This document shows positions 1-13,234 of a stretch of 64,000 nucleotides of DNA, piece after piece; within the stretch, counting starts at the first letter, position 1; each line of letters opens with the position of its first letter. A program made the position numbers and the translations under genes. The notes below the pieces were generated by a model. That model worked only from the letters and a program-made list of their open reading frames with translations. It did not search any database and had not been told where the DNA came from. Source of the DNA: Marsupella aquatica (taxonomy: Eukaryota; Plantae; Marchantiophyta); contig OZ316891.1 in NCBI GenBank assembly GCA_973895155.1, positions 4,198,018-4,262,017 on the forward strand, in the 5' to 3' direction.

Positions 1-332
1 GGGTGATCTTCAGCGTGCCCTGAAGGGAGTACAAGTGATTTACATTTTTTATGCACCTTCAAATGTTGCCTTGGTAGACCGTAGAAAGTTTTGAAGTTTG
101 AAAGATGTCCAGGGTTTATCTTGATGCAAATGAAAACTTGTAAATTTACCATTCCACACCTCTTCTCGAGGTTAAGAGAGGACCCAGTTGCTTCTTCATA
201 TAGGCAGTTGCTTCTTCATGATGTATGTGCTTCCAAATTCCTTATCTGCAGGTGCCAGTTACTAGTAATTCTCAACAATGTGTGAGAGAAACGATACTGA
301 GGCCAACGAAATTCGATGTTTCTATGCCTTGA
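1..332 (+). CDS. Probable last two exons of an unidentified gene entering from the left
   Basis: Frame 2-34 (GDLQRALKGVQ), GT..AG intron 35-251 (ctgcag acceptor), exon 252-332 VPVTSNSQQCVRETILRPTKFDVSMP*. Product not recognised. Confidence 0.4.
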
Positions 333-604
333 ACTTCAGACCACAATGGTCATGTCCCGCCGACCTACCACCCCCAACACAAAACTTAACGGGAAAAAGT
401 GGGAGGGGAAAAAAATTATTTTGACCGGGAATTCGTGTTTTCGAGTACTTCCAAAATTCGTGAGGGATGTTTGCATTCGAAAGCATCAGGCTATCGAGGT
501 GCTTAGCCCCTTCCTCCTTTACAACGTCATACGTGACGTTTGTAGAAGCTCATGCGTGGCCAGGGAAACCAGAACCTTGATGAATGCCATGCACAAGTTG
601 ATTG

Positions 605-3600
605 TTAAACTGGTACGCGCCGTCCTCTATCAAGCAGACGCCCATACCAAAGTGGATTCCATCTTGAACAATAACATCTGAAAAGTTTGAAGAAAAACAG
701 GAGGACCAATACTCCACTAAGGAGGACTAAATACTCATGAAGTAGCCCTGCACCTTCAGCCTTGGTACCGTGCCCAGCCCCTAGTATATCCACAGATTCC
801 ACTTCTATCGAATCTGAGTCTCCTACAGAGAGCAATGGATCAGTAAATGCAGAAAAACTCTTCCTAAGATCCAGATCTGGGATCTCAGGAAGAGCTGATA
901 TTGGCCAGCATTCCCAGTCCCAGACTTCTAATACTGGATATCTGCTGGGGAGGCTGTGGAGAGATCTTGGAAGATTCACGAGGAGTGTCAAGAATGAAGA
1001 GGACCACGAGGATACAACCGTCTGCATCAAACAGCAGAAAGAAGGATGAGAACTGCCAGGCACGCCTTGCAAGTGAGACGTTTCCAAACAAGCTGGTTTG
1101 AGACAGTATTTAAGCTCCCATTTATTTATTTTATTTACCTCAAACTTCCTTGCAGTGGCTGGGTTGGAGATTATGAGGATTCATACTCTGGTTGTGTCAT
1201 AACCAAAACGAAACAAGAATTGCCAAGCACACCTCGCAAGTGAAACGTTTTCAACCAGGTTAGTTTGGGACAGTACTTAAGGTCCCATTTATTACCTCAA
1301 ACTTGCTGGCAGTGCCTGGGTTGAACATTTGAAAGCATTCATAGTCTGGTTGTGTCATATCACCATAGATCTGAAGTGACACAAGTTAACCCACGTCAAA
1401 AACTTTAAGTACGGAAAAGACTGGTCAAAATATAAGATGTTGCCCAGCCAGGTTACAACGATTCAAGCAGATAATAAGAGCGACCAGTTTGAAGGGTATT
1501 GTTGCAGCAAACAAACTTCGGGTTGTGGATGCATTTGACTAACCTCCCACGTGAATGCCATGGGAACTCCTAGCTTGTCATACATATAGTCAGTGGCTGT
1601 GCCATGTGCTAAGTAGCTGCAGACATATTCCAAGAGTATTCCGTGTCTGAGTAAGCTTCACATCTACGAATATCACGCTTCATTGAGAACACAACAAGCC
1701 TCGTAAAGAATTCACAAGTTGGTGAGTAATTAAGTATCAGACGAGCGGACACGAAGAAGTTGCAAGACTCGACCAACTTATATAGCCTACCCGACAGCAC
1801 CACCACCAGATCCAACCACACATTTTCCTTCACAATGCTGTTTATTCAGGATTTGGAGCAAGCTCTTCATTGCCGGCCCGCCATCAACAGGAATGATGGA
1901 TTTATGATCATAAGGCATAAACAAAGCCTAGAGCACAGGGCGAGTGTTCAAACGGGAATAAGTTAGAATAGATATGCTTATATCCAGTACACATGTAAAA
2001 TTAGTGCCCACGGAAATATTGATGTGCACCGGTCAGAACTTCACAACAAATGCAAGCAATTTTCCTTACTCATTTCATCACGTAACGAAGATTTATGAAC
2101 GACGACATCTTCTTTTTAATTAGTGCTATTTTGCCCCTACCTCCATGCCAGAATGAACGTTGACCCAGACGTGTGGTTTGAAAGATTCAGCAAGGTTGCG
2201 CAGTATCTTGGTTTCAGGTTCACTGAACGGGGCAATTCCTGGATATTCTTCTGATGGGTCGTAGTCCTGTCCAGCATATCATCCAACCAGAGGTAGTCAG
2301 TACACAATATCTGTACGGGTTGAGAACGACGAACCAGATGCAAAACAGCAGCATCAATGAGAAAGGCATCCTTGGCGCAGATTGTTAAAGAGGCTGGATC
2401 AGTCACCTTTTCTTTCTTGCCCCAGTCGATTCCCCAATTCCTGTTTGGGTCCACACCACGTCCTGCAAAAGAACTGCACCGGTTGTAGAGCTGAATGGTG
2501 ACACTTGACTGCGATAAATCGCAGCAAATAAAATCCCTTTAAAAAGGGGATTTGAGAGGTTAAGGGGGACGAAAGGGGGGCGGAGGCGCACGCCAGAGCG
2601 ATATTCCCAAAACGTGAATTATATAGGCCAACAAAATTTCAAAAACTGACTAACCGTTCTTTCGTTCACAAAGGTCTCCAGCTTCAACTCTTCTCCGGCC
2701 GTTGAGGTTCTCCATAGGTACGATCTGCAGTAACAAATATGTAAGTATAACTACAAACGTGTTCCCTAAACTGACACCAGAGCAACAGCTGATATAACGA
2801 CAAAATTAGCATTAGAACTGACAGAACTTCAGCGTTAGCATAATTTGACAGCTGCAACCTAACTCCTAGTTTCACCTTGATTGTTGCATGGGGAAGAATC
2901 CGATAAAGAGCACCACGGTCAACGTTTCCCAAAGGGTATTCACCACCAAGAATCTGCAGCAACCTGAATGCAACTTCTGATGTGACAAGCTCCCGTCCGT
3001 GCTGACCAAAGTCCTGCAAACTTGTAGCATTTCTAGATAAGAATACTATAAGAGCAGGTTAAGGCACACACTCCCAACAATAGCCGAGCTGGCCCGTGAC
3101 AGTAAAGCAGATGAAGTCTTGAAAATACGGTACGACACAAATCAATGCAGGAAAATACCACACAATGCAGTGTGTCAGTCTACTCGTAGGATTGCATTCG
3201 ATAGTTTGGAATGCGGTGCTAACCGGCAGCAATAAACTGGTTCGTTCCTTAAAACATACAATTCTTCTTACTAAAAGTGACACCCCTGTTCTAGTGGTTG
3301 GTTTTAGCGGAAGTCTAATTACAAGTAAAAGGCGCACGTTCTGGTCATCGTTGGGACCTTTGCCACCTGCTTCCACTGTCACTACAGTCATTTCAGTATT
3401 ATATCCCACACTGCCAGCTTCTTTCAGTCCCTCCGCCTGCAGCACTTCCATCTGTTTCCTAGGTTCATCACCCTTTCCGTTGTCAGAGTTCAGAACTAAC
3501 ACACTCACTCTTTCTTGAAGAACAAAAACCATTGGACGTAGACAGTGACCAAATCGCTGCTGAACACCGGAACAATTCAATCACAAATGAGTTGACAGCG

Positions 3601-4618
3601 ATCAGAACGTGAAGAGGCGCGCAATAGCCCGGACACACAAGCTTTGGGCTTAACTAATGCAGTAGAATCATTCATACTGTTTGGCAGATTCATGTTACTT
3701 CGAGAAACATGCAATCACGGCCAGAAAGGTACCGTCATGATTAAGGGATGCCGATCCACAAGGGCCTTCAGCTCCTTTTGGAATACATCACTGACATACG
3801 GGCAATGAAAAGTATAACTTCAGCCAGTGCTTTGACTGGAAAAAATAAAAATCTTCTCAAGTGACTCAACCTAGATTAAAATCCAGCAACTACGACAGCA
3901 GTGGACACTCTCAAAAGACAAACATTCAAAAGAAAAAGAATTCAGACGGCTTCATGAGTGATGAGCTTTGAAATTGTCAGCCAAGAGTAGATGCATGACA
4001 AAAACACAAAGCTTAGCTTACCAACCTGCGATGGTAGAGATCATAATTTGGAAGACTGGAGTTCATATCTCGCGTGATCCCCTTCTCAGCGACGTGTCGT
4101 CCAACGATCTACATCAGTTACCACATCTTCATCAGACCCACCTGCACTACTCTAACCATATGTTACCTGGTCATAATCAGTACCCTCCTTCAGTAATGCA
4201 AAAAATGGTAAAAGACAGCTTGTGATATTGAAGATGACTTGTAGGATGCTCCTTCTATGCACTTAGCTGCCAAAAGCGTAATTTTCCAAATCATTCTAAT
4301 AGCTAGTATCTCCACAGTTGCACCTCCAAATCTTGCTCACTCACTCCTCCATGTTAAAACGGTATGAAATGCCCCAAATTCTGTCCGTGACTTGAGCAGG
4401 ACTGTAATTAACTCTTGATCACTCGGATTTCCAATATTCCAATCACTCAAGCTATGAATAAGACAAACATGCTGGGGATCACGGAGCGAACCAATGGACT
4501 AAAGGTAGGCTCTACTCACCGGCGAAAGATTGCTCGACGCACACGTCCGCTGGCCATAGAAGAAGACAACCAGAAGGAGCACCTGCCCACAGTGCCAGCG
4601 TGATGATACCAACTCCAT
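605..4618 (-). CDS. Zn-dependent metallocarboxypeptidase (peptidase M14), multi-exon, with signal peptide and C-terminal TM segment
   Basis: ATG 4618 (MELVSSRWHCGQVLLLVVFFYG). GT-AG exons encode NYDLYHR, DFGQHGRELVTSE (HxxE Zn ligands), IVPMENLNGRRRVEAGDLCERKNGRGVDPNRNWG, PFSEPET, NVHSGME, ALFMPYDHK, YLAHGTATDYMY..AFTWEIYGD. Final exon ~1022-605 has hydrophobic YLVLLSGVLVLLFFF. Confidence 0.92.
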
Positions 4619-4779
4619 CTATCTACAGCATAGCTTCAAGCCATGCCGGCTACTGCTCCTCCTCCCCTCGCGTTCCGCAGAAAGATGAGCGTCAGGAGTT
4701 GCCCTTGAATGCACATCAGCTCCGAGAAAATGAAGCAGAGCTTCAACAAAAGGTTGACTGACATCTCTCCCTACGTCGC

Positions 4780-4849
4780 TTCTCTTCTCTTCTCTTCTCT
4801 TCTCTTCTCTTCTCTTCTCTTCTCTTCTCTTCTCTTCTCTTCTCTTCTC
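4780..4849. repeat. (TTCTC)n microsatellite in the 5' region of the carboxypeptidase gene
   Basis: About 14 pentamer units. Confidence 0.95.
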
Positions 4850-5059
4850 GATGTGTCTGAGATCACTTCTCTTAGAAACGAATCGACTCCAATCCCCGAT
4901 TGCGCTTCCTCCACAGCTCCCAATCGCAATTAGACACTGCAATCAGACTCCATTCAATTCACGAGGCAAAACCGACTTTGCTCTTTTCCAGCCGTCCCGG
5001 ATTCCTAAATTCAGTTGCAAGAAACCGCAGGCCGTGATTGTTTTTGCAGTCGGATGCCG

Positions 5060-5141
5060 GGTGATTGAGTGAGTTGCCAAGGAGCCAATGAATCAATCAA
5101 GGTGATTGAGTGAGTTCCCAAGGAGCCAATGAATCAATCAA
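5060..5141. repeat. 41-bp tandem duplication containing CCAAT
   Basis: ggtgattgagtgagtt(g/c)ccaaggagccaatgaatcaatcaa x2, one mismatch; upstream of the carboxypeptidase gene. Confidence 0.9.
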
Positions 5142-5299
5142 TCTGATGAAAGAGTCGACAGAAGGGCGAGCGAAGAACTTCCGGTCGTCTCTTCCAGAGC
5201 TTCTGAGCGTTGGAGCGAAAAAGTCCGTCACTGTTTTCCTTTCTTGTACTACTCTTCGGCAAACATCTGATCGATAGGGGAGTGGCGACGGTGAGCGCG

Positions 5300-5790
5300 A
5301 GGGTTTCATGGGGCGATAAACTGGGGGCATCCTGTACTTTAACGTTTTCTGTGAGGGAGAGCTCGTTCTGGGTGAAGATGTCGGAGGACACACAGATGAG
5401 GAACGTGAGGGTTTCATGGGGGAGATAAAACTGGGGGCATTCTGCACTTTAACGTTTTCTGTGAGGGAGAGCACTGTTCTGGTTGAAGATGTCGGAGAAC
5501 ACCCAGATGGTGTGAAGGTGAGGGCTTTGATGGAGATAAACTGGGGGCATCCTGCTCTTTGACATGATTTGTGATGGAGGGTGCTTCCTTGTTGACATGT
5601 GGGGATCCACACAGATTGTGAATGTGAGAGATTCATGGGGAGATAAAACTGGGGGCACCCTGCTGTGATGGACTGCGTTTCCTTGTTGAAGATGTGGGAG
5701 GACACCCAGATGGTCAACAAGAGGGTTTCATGGGGAGACAAAAACTGGGGGCATCTTGCTCTTTGACGATGTGGGGAGGATACACAAAAA
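5300..5790. repeat. Minisatellite, ~95-115-bp units x~5
   Basis: Core gtttcatgggg..gataaactgggggcatcctg recurs near 5303, 5411, 5525, 5632 and 5726; intervening sequences are homologous. Confidence 0.85.
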
Positions 5791-7545
5791 GTGGACCACT
5801 GCAGCAGCAGTACACTTCTTGGAGGTGGCCGGTGACAAGTCCATCTGCTTTCTCGTAGTTTCTCCGTCCAATCCCACATAGCATCTAAAATGTCAGGGAA
5901 GATTATCCTGGATGGACTTTGGCAACCGAGACCATGGCACTAGGCAAAATGTGTAGATTTTCATGGTAGAATTGTTTATGTGATGACTGTAAAGACTGAC
6001 CTATCTCATAACCTGTCAGAAATCAATATTTAAAACTGAGCTTGGATAACTCATTGCAAACTCTTACAAACTCGGATAGTATTTATTTTGGGTGTAATTG
6101 TGGCCCTGGAGTATTTGCTGAATATGGAGTTTGGGAATGAGCTTCTGATATCAGTGGAGAGCTAGTGGAGAGAGCTTTCTTATCATATCACATTTGCAAA
6201 TTAACAGTGTCTAGGTTTGAACCCATCCTTCCAATCTTACACGTCTCTTTGGGATGATGGGAGAGAGTGCTTGGGGTTATCCCTGGTCACGGTTTCCCTT
6301 GCAACTCACCCTGAGTCCATCAGTCTTAGATAACGTTGGAGGCTATGGGAGAAGTTTTTGCTGTCCCGAACATTCGCCCAAATTGGAAATCCCTAGGGTT
6401 GAATGCACTCTTTCATCATCATCTGCGTCAATTTATTTTCGTCCAAATCGCCCCAAATCTCATCTTATAATACAGTGATACGGGTCCCCAGCTTTCTGTT
6501 CGAAGGAAAATGAAATCCAAATCTCCGCTCAAACTCTGATCTCATTATATCATCCGTGGGTCCCCAGATTTGTGTTCCAAGATTAACAGGAAAATGACGA
6601 GAAGGAAGTCCAGAGACTCTGATTAGGTGGATTCTCAGCTTAGAGCGAGACTCCTGATTTTTTTGTCATGACATACATGCTTACATTTTTGGTTACCATT
6701 ATCTCCCCTTCAGAAAGGGTCTGGATTGGGTTGGTTTTGCTGAGCTTTGAACAAGTTGTCTGTTTTCACTGACCCATTCCAGAAAGAAACAGCAAGCGAA
6801 AAGTTTATGCTGAGTAAGATCGTAATCTCTCACATAGACCTGGCTACCTTTGAATCGCTCGTTGCCAGAATAATGGTACGTGACTTTGTGGCAATGTGGG
6901 TCACAGGAATGCCATCGGGGTTCACCTCAAAGAAGATCCTCCCACAACTAAGCAATTGAGACGCAAGTGAGATGCACTTTGTTTGTTGTGAATACCTCAA
7001 TAGAATTCATTCTCACTTAATTAACACAAACAATTGTTCCTGTAAAAACACCTTACCGGCACAACCCTCAATTACCAAAGAGTCTTGCCTCACTTAGTGT
7101 TCTACGTATCCGACAAAGTTTAACTAGGGGAAAAGTAAAGCTCAACTCCAGTCCAAAAACGATCCTCAAACTCGAAAATGCAGACATAGACCTCCAGCTT
7201 GTGGTGTCGGAATAAGTAGGATGAACAATGACCCAAGAAGCACCCAGTTTATGGCAGAATTGTACCTAACGCGTTGGAAGTATGAGTTGAGCGCATGTAC
7301 ACATGGAAAGGTGGCCCAAACACACGAGGCCGACAAAATTGCATACTGAGGTGCATACCCAATTTATAATTTTGCAAACACCCTGTACTGGATGAACACA
7401 AGCGAGTCAACATGTTGACCCAAGTGTACCACGAACAATGTGGCCCCTGAGTTAGATCCCAATCCAACAGTCACCTCTCTTGCAGCTTATCTTGCTCGCC
7501 AAGGAAGAAATGCTATGGCTAAAAATGTGCGGACATGAACGGTCG

Positions 7546-8834
7546 TCAAGAAAAATGCACGAGGCTGTAGACCAATATCCAAGCCAACTGCGTCAACAAT
7601 CCAAAGGAGTCGATTAATAAATTACGGACCTAAACTCTAATTGAGAAAGCAATGACCTGAACTCAATCACACTTCAAACCGAGTACTCTAGACAGGTGCT
7701 CATGTAACATGCTTCCAAAACATCCCTTCATTTCTCCTTCTGATGACAAATTCAACACATCAAACACTACCAGTCTCGTAGCTGCCGAAGAGCCAAATTT
7801 TAGCGAAAGAACACATTTTTTCTCAGGTTGGAAGCGTTCGAAAATTACATACCAAGAATAATGTGAGCGACGCAAACATGCCTTCCTGCAACAAAGGCGC
7901 ATGACCTCCAAACTGCTCTTCATCAACTTTCAAGATGAGAGTATAATAGCCATAAACAATAGATGTGGACAACAGGACAAACCTGCCATAAAACATGATT
8001 GAAAGCGTAAGTTCAAGACTCCTCGACGTAGCTGAAAGTGAATGAGTGATATTTTGAAACGCAGTTTAGGTTCCAAAAGACAAATGTTCCTAAAGCCAAC
8101 GGCAAAGGAAATGGTCAAATATCTCACAAAAGGAGCCACAATGATCCTGTCAGGGGAATGGCGCCCCATACGATTCCGCATGTTAGGCCAATCGCCTGCC
8201 TCAACCAATGGAGAACGTCCCCCAACTGATCCTGTTCATCCAACACGATAAGGAACGCACCTCGTCAGAAGCACAAAACTTACGATCAAAAACTCCCTTA
8301 AGTTGTACACGCTGTGATCTCTACATACAATTGTGATACAAGAGTCGCACTGATAACGGAACTCTGATCCAGGTAACTTTCACAGAAAGGCAAAGGAGAA
8401 ACCCTAATCAATTAAGAATAGCCAGCAGCATGGGCCAATTATGAAGATGAAGCACAAAACTTCATTCCAGAACAGTAATTCAAAGAGACGAAGGCAGATA
8501 AAATTCGCACAAGCGTAGAGATCTGTCTGGAAAAAATAAATTGCAACTTGCATTTCCGCACCCTGGCCCATATGAGAGACTTCAAGAAGGTGGCACACAT
8601 TCCAGATTCTCATATGGATCAGTCCTACATAATTAATAGACAGGTTTGAAGGTTGTAGACTCAAGGACGGTGATATTGGTAGCGAAGGAATACCCGATCC
8701 CAATCAGCATCAGGACTTAGAAGTTTCGATACAGAGAAAGGAGTCACATCATCGTGCTCCTTCTCCTTCTCTTTCTCCTTATCTCTCAGAGATGGCTGCT
8801 TCGAAATCTTGACTGCAGATGGTCTTTCTCTCAT
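7546..8834 (-). CDS. Rab5-interacting family protein (RAB5IF/OPTI-like membrane protein), 4 coding exons
   Basis: Exons 8834-8694 (MRERP..VTPFSVSKLLSPDADWDR), ~8231-8128 (DQLGDVLHWLRQAIGLTCGIVWGAIPLTGSLW), ~7984-7852 (FVLLSTSIVYGYYTLILKVDEEQFGGHAPLLQEGMFASLTLFL), ~7587-7546 (LAWILVYSLVHFS*). Probable 5'UTR exon ending ~9851. Not captured in the ORF track because exons are short. Confidence 0.9.
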
Positions 8835-10274
8835 TCTCAACCGCGGCTTAGACAAGGAGGAATTTGTCCAAATTCTTAGTGCGAGGGAAGCCTTCTCATA
8901 ATTAACCCACCACAGCTTGATAATCCTCACTGTCACGGTCAAAGCCTGCGACCTTCCACTACCGAAGACTCTTCAACAGCATGCGCCTGCACAGTGAATA
9001 AGAGCTGCCGTCATTACCAACCTTAACCGTCCCAATCCTCTACTGAGAACAGCGGCTGATAAAGACATGACAACATAGAGTAACAATAACGTCAATCCAC
9101 CCAGAGAACAGCAACCTAATATAGACGTACTGATTGTTTCTCTATTCCAGACTGACAGCCCCGATGATTCTGATTATGTGAGCTTCAATGAGAGAAAAGT
9201 CCTGCCGAATTCCCCCATAGAGATGCATCACTAAATGAATCTGGAGAAAGAGCTCCGTCTGTTTTACTGAGGAGCCCCAAAAGAAATCAACACCTAAATC
9301 TTTTGACAAAAGAGTTCGTTCACTCAAGTTCTCCAGCCAGTCGTAGCCGGATACTAACTTCAAATAACAGAAAAACTTCGTGCAAGATCCTAAGTTACGC
9401 TCCTCCGCAGTAACCCTACTCGGGAAGCTCCCACTAACACTGATCCATTGTGGCAAAAACTACGCGCAAGGACAAAATCGATGCTAAATCAACCCCAAAT
9501 CCCCCACTTTTCCCCATTCATTCATCCAGGAAACGTCAGAGATCCACAAACACCGCTTCACAGCTCTGACTTCCAAGAGCGCACCATGCAAACCTCCAAA
9601 TCAGCGGCAATAAACACATAAACACAGTCGTTTTAACCACTCCGGGTTCATCATCACCCCTCCCCGCAGACCACGAAGCACAAACCTCCACCGCTCGGTC
9701 AGATTCCTTCCTACTAAAAAACTCCACCACCGCCCTCGACCAGACTAAAAAAGTAATACAAAACATAAAGCAAATCGTCTTTAACAAATGACGCAACTCA
9801 GTGTAGGAAACCACGGAAACAGCTTCAAAGCTCGAAAGATGGCCTCTCACCTTGCCACCCCGGTGCCGAAAGCGTCGACAGAATCCAGCAGCACCTCTGA
9901 TTGCTTGACCGATTGATTATTGAATGAAAGGGCAACGGAAGGGACGTCGAGTAGAACAAGCTCGAGCTCACAGCTCTCTCTCACCAGCGACAGGAGTCTA
10001 GCAGAGCGGAGTGGGCAGGGAAGAGGAGTGACGAGCGCTTTGTTGTCATGGATGTAGAGGCAGCTAGTTTTAGGGGGGTTTTAGGGGCGGTCTAAATTTG
10101 GACCGCCCGAGTTCCCGGCTCGTTGTTGTTGTCGCCGTATTATAGAGAGTTGCTAGTTTTAGGGGCGGTCTAGATTTGGACCGCCCGAGTTCCTGGCTCG
10201 TTGGTTAGTATTAGAGGCCCCTAATTTTAAAGAGGCAATCTTAGAGGCTTCTAGTTTTAGACTTGGGTCACTAA

Positions 10275-11850
10275 GAGCATCTCCAGCGGTTTAGGGGCTT
10301 CCGGCCTGCAAAGTTAAAATTTGCCCCTGAACTCCACCGGTTGCTGCTTTCCATGCGCTACTTCCCAACCATAGTTCATGTCGGGTTTAAACTGTAGGTT
10401 TGGGCTCGCCAGACTTTCCTCCCACTGCGCACTGTGAGATGAATGGACATTAGTGAACACTTCGGGTCACTCTACACTCTTGGCCGAAACATTGCATTCC
10501 GCCATTGCCAGCAAGCTCTGATTGCGCGCACCATTGTTTGCGGCCTCGTGTTTCCTTGAAACGCAATATGGATGCCGCAAGAAATGCGTTTCAAGGAAAC
10601 ATGAGAGAATATTAAGTATGGATGCGCTTCAGAAATGGAGAGCACTCTTCTTGAAATCAGAAGAGGAGGATGAGGCAGATTGGGACCAGGAAGAACGTTT
10701 TTGGGAGATGATCCTTTACCGTGGACCCCTCGCCATCACAATGTTATTGAGTGAGGGGAAGAAACGTATGCATGGAGGGTCTAGACCTGGGAGGAGAAGC
10801 AATGTTAATCGAAACAGATAGAAGGGGGCACAAGACCTCTTGAACGATTATTTTGCAGAGGTTCCTACTTATGGAGAGCACCTGTCAAGGAGACCATTCA
10901 GAATGAGCTCAGGGTTGTTTAATAGGATCCTCAATGCTGTTATGGATCATGACAAGTATTTTCAGCTCAAATATGTCCCCGGCCTCACCAGAAGATTACG
11001 GCAACACTTAGACAACTTGCGTATGGAATTGGGACGAATGCTATGGATGAGTATTGCCGCATTGGAGAGAGAACATCTTTAGAGTCGCTCTATAGGTTTG
11101 CCATAGCAATCAGGGAACTGTATGAGGAAAAGTATTTGCAGAAGCCAAATGCACAAGATTTCCAGAACCACCTTGAGATTAATCAGGAGAGAGAGTTTCA
11201 AGGTATGTTCGGCAGCCTAGACTGCATGATTGGCAGTGGAAAATTTGCCCATTGGCCTGGCAAGGGCAGTAAGGCAAGGATAAATCTAAAAGCATAATTC
11301 TTGAAGCCATAGTAGACCAGGAGCTCTGGATCTGGCATGCTTTTTGGGGTCTGGTCGGGGGAAATAATAACTTGAACGTTCTTGATAGGAGTCCCCTGTT
11401 GAATGAGTGGTTGGTGAATGACTGTACAAATTGTCATTTCCATGTTAATGGGGTGGAATACAATAGAGCATACCTCCTTGTTGACGGAATCTACCCAGAG
11501 TGGAGTATGTTCATCGCCACAATCCACTCTCCACAAACTGAGAAATTGAGTCATTTCGCCAAATGCCAGGAGGCTGCCAAGAAAGATGTGGAAAGAGCCT
11601 TTGGTGTGCTCCAAGCCAGGTTCGAAACAGTGAGGAGGCCAGCAAGGTTTTGGTTTGAAAATAACCTTACCAACATATTGATGGCATGTGTGGTGCTCCA
11701 CAATATGATAATTGAGGACGAGCATGGGGAAGAATTAAGTCCTTATTATAGGGTCGTTGTTCCACAGGTGAGGACAGGTATCATGCCTTGGCTACAGTAT
11801 TTAGAGGCAAATATTAGGGCCATTCATAGTAGACAGTCATTTCAAGCTGC
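10275..11850 (+). mobile_element. PIF/Harbinger transposon remnant with pseudogenised DDE transposase
   Basis: TAA (10272-10274) followed by TIR GAGCATCTCCA. Fragmented ORFs 10618-11850 contain GMFGSLDCM, LWIWHAF, NVLDRSPL, YLLVDGIYPEW, QEAAKKDVERAFGVLQARF, CVVLHNMIIEDE, with stops and frameshifts. Right TIR not found. Confidence 0.9.
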
Positions 11851-13234
11851 GGAGTCTTGCGCTCCTCTACACCCTCCCGAGCCCCTGCCCTCCCCAACAA
11901 TGTTGACCAAACAACATCACTTCTGCAACCACAACATGATTGCAAAGATGACTCAAACTAAGCCACAATACTCCCTAATTCACCTGTATTTTTGTTTGCA
12001 CCTCAACATTTTCATGCAACACACTGGCATTAAGCTAAGCAACAACAACATGGTCAACTACCACCAAGACTGCATAGGGGCAAGGGACAATATATGTTGG
12101 CGTCGGCTACATAATATAATAATCACAATTGCCCAACTTGTATAGAAAAAAAAGGTGCAAATGATCTAAAGTACTTTTTCATTTAATTACCTTCATTTCA
12201 ATCATATCCAAAACTCGTAAAGTTTAATAGACTGATGTCCCAACAAGCAAACTAAATTCTGCCATCCTCCCAAAATACATATGTCGCCCTCCAAATCGTC
12301 CATGTGCATGTCTACAGCTGAAGCTTTGGGACACCTTGCAATCCTTGCTCCATCTCTCTGCCCCACCACCCATTCTGTCGTCATACCTGAACAAGCCCAC
12401 AAGGCACAAGCCCTGTCAATCTGTCACCCTGTCGTGGCTCCTCGTGTATGGAATGTCCTTCAAATTCTCCAATCACCGTACTCTGTACTCTTGATCTTCG
12501 TCGTCATTCTGCAAGCTCTGTTCTGGAGTTCTGAGCTCTGGGGGCCATTCAATTCATCCCTCTGGGTACAAGGAAATTGGTGGTCTAAAGAGCTTCACGG
12601 CTTCACTGGTCCTCGGCAGGCTCTCTGTTCTGTAGTCCGGACTCCAGAGGCTAGGCTGACGAAGATTCATCACCTGTTCAGACTAGAACAATCCCACTTC
12701 TTTTCGATTGGGTGCATGCAAAGCTTTGAATTTCTAGACATCTCCACTCGTTTCAATTGGTGCTGTGATCCTCGCTCCCAGTACTGTATTGTACAATAGC
12801 GAGTTAACAGGTGGTCAGCAGGAATCTTGTTTTGGCGTCGGGAGTCAGGAGAGAACAGGAAGTTGGAGATGGGCTACTCTGTCTTTGAAGGATCCTCACG
12901 AACAACGTGTACAGTGGCAGAGCTTCAGGGTACGGTCGCGAAGTGAGCCTTCTCCGCTAATTTGGATGAAATTCTGTGAAAGTGAAGCAGACAGCGCACC
13001 AGAGGAGACGCAGGCAAAGATGCAAAGAGGCAGCCTGTGAGGGAGAGACCAAGAGAGTAAGAGAGAGAAGATAGGCTAAGAGAGAGAAGATAGGCCCACA
13101 GAATCAAGAAGTCGTTCAGAAGCCTACGAGAAAAGCGCTGGAGAAGTGTGGCAGAGCAGCTGAGAGACGGATATTAGAGAAGAAAAGGTTAAATGGGTTT
13201 TGCAGAAAGAGAGTGAGCCAGAGGTAGCGAGAAA

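Noticed and set aside
5300-5790. Regularly spaced conserved core that could look like a CRISPR array
   Set aside because: The intervening sequences are homologous to each other, the context is eukaryotic and there are no cas genes; it is a minisatellite. The 260-aa minus ORF over it is repeat-derived.
12862-12878. gttggagatgggct as the right TIR of the Harbinger element
   Set aside because: Imperfect match to GAGCATCTCCA and no TAA/TTA TSD after it.
12200-13100. ORFs as the Harbinger Myb/SANT partner gene
   Set aside because: No recognisable trihelix/Myb motif; sequence unassigned.
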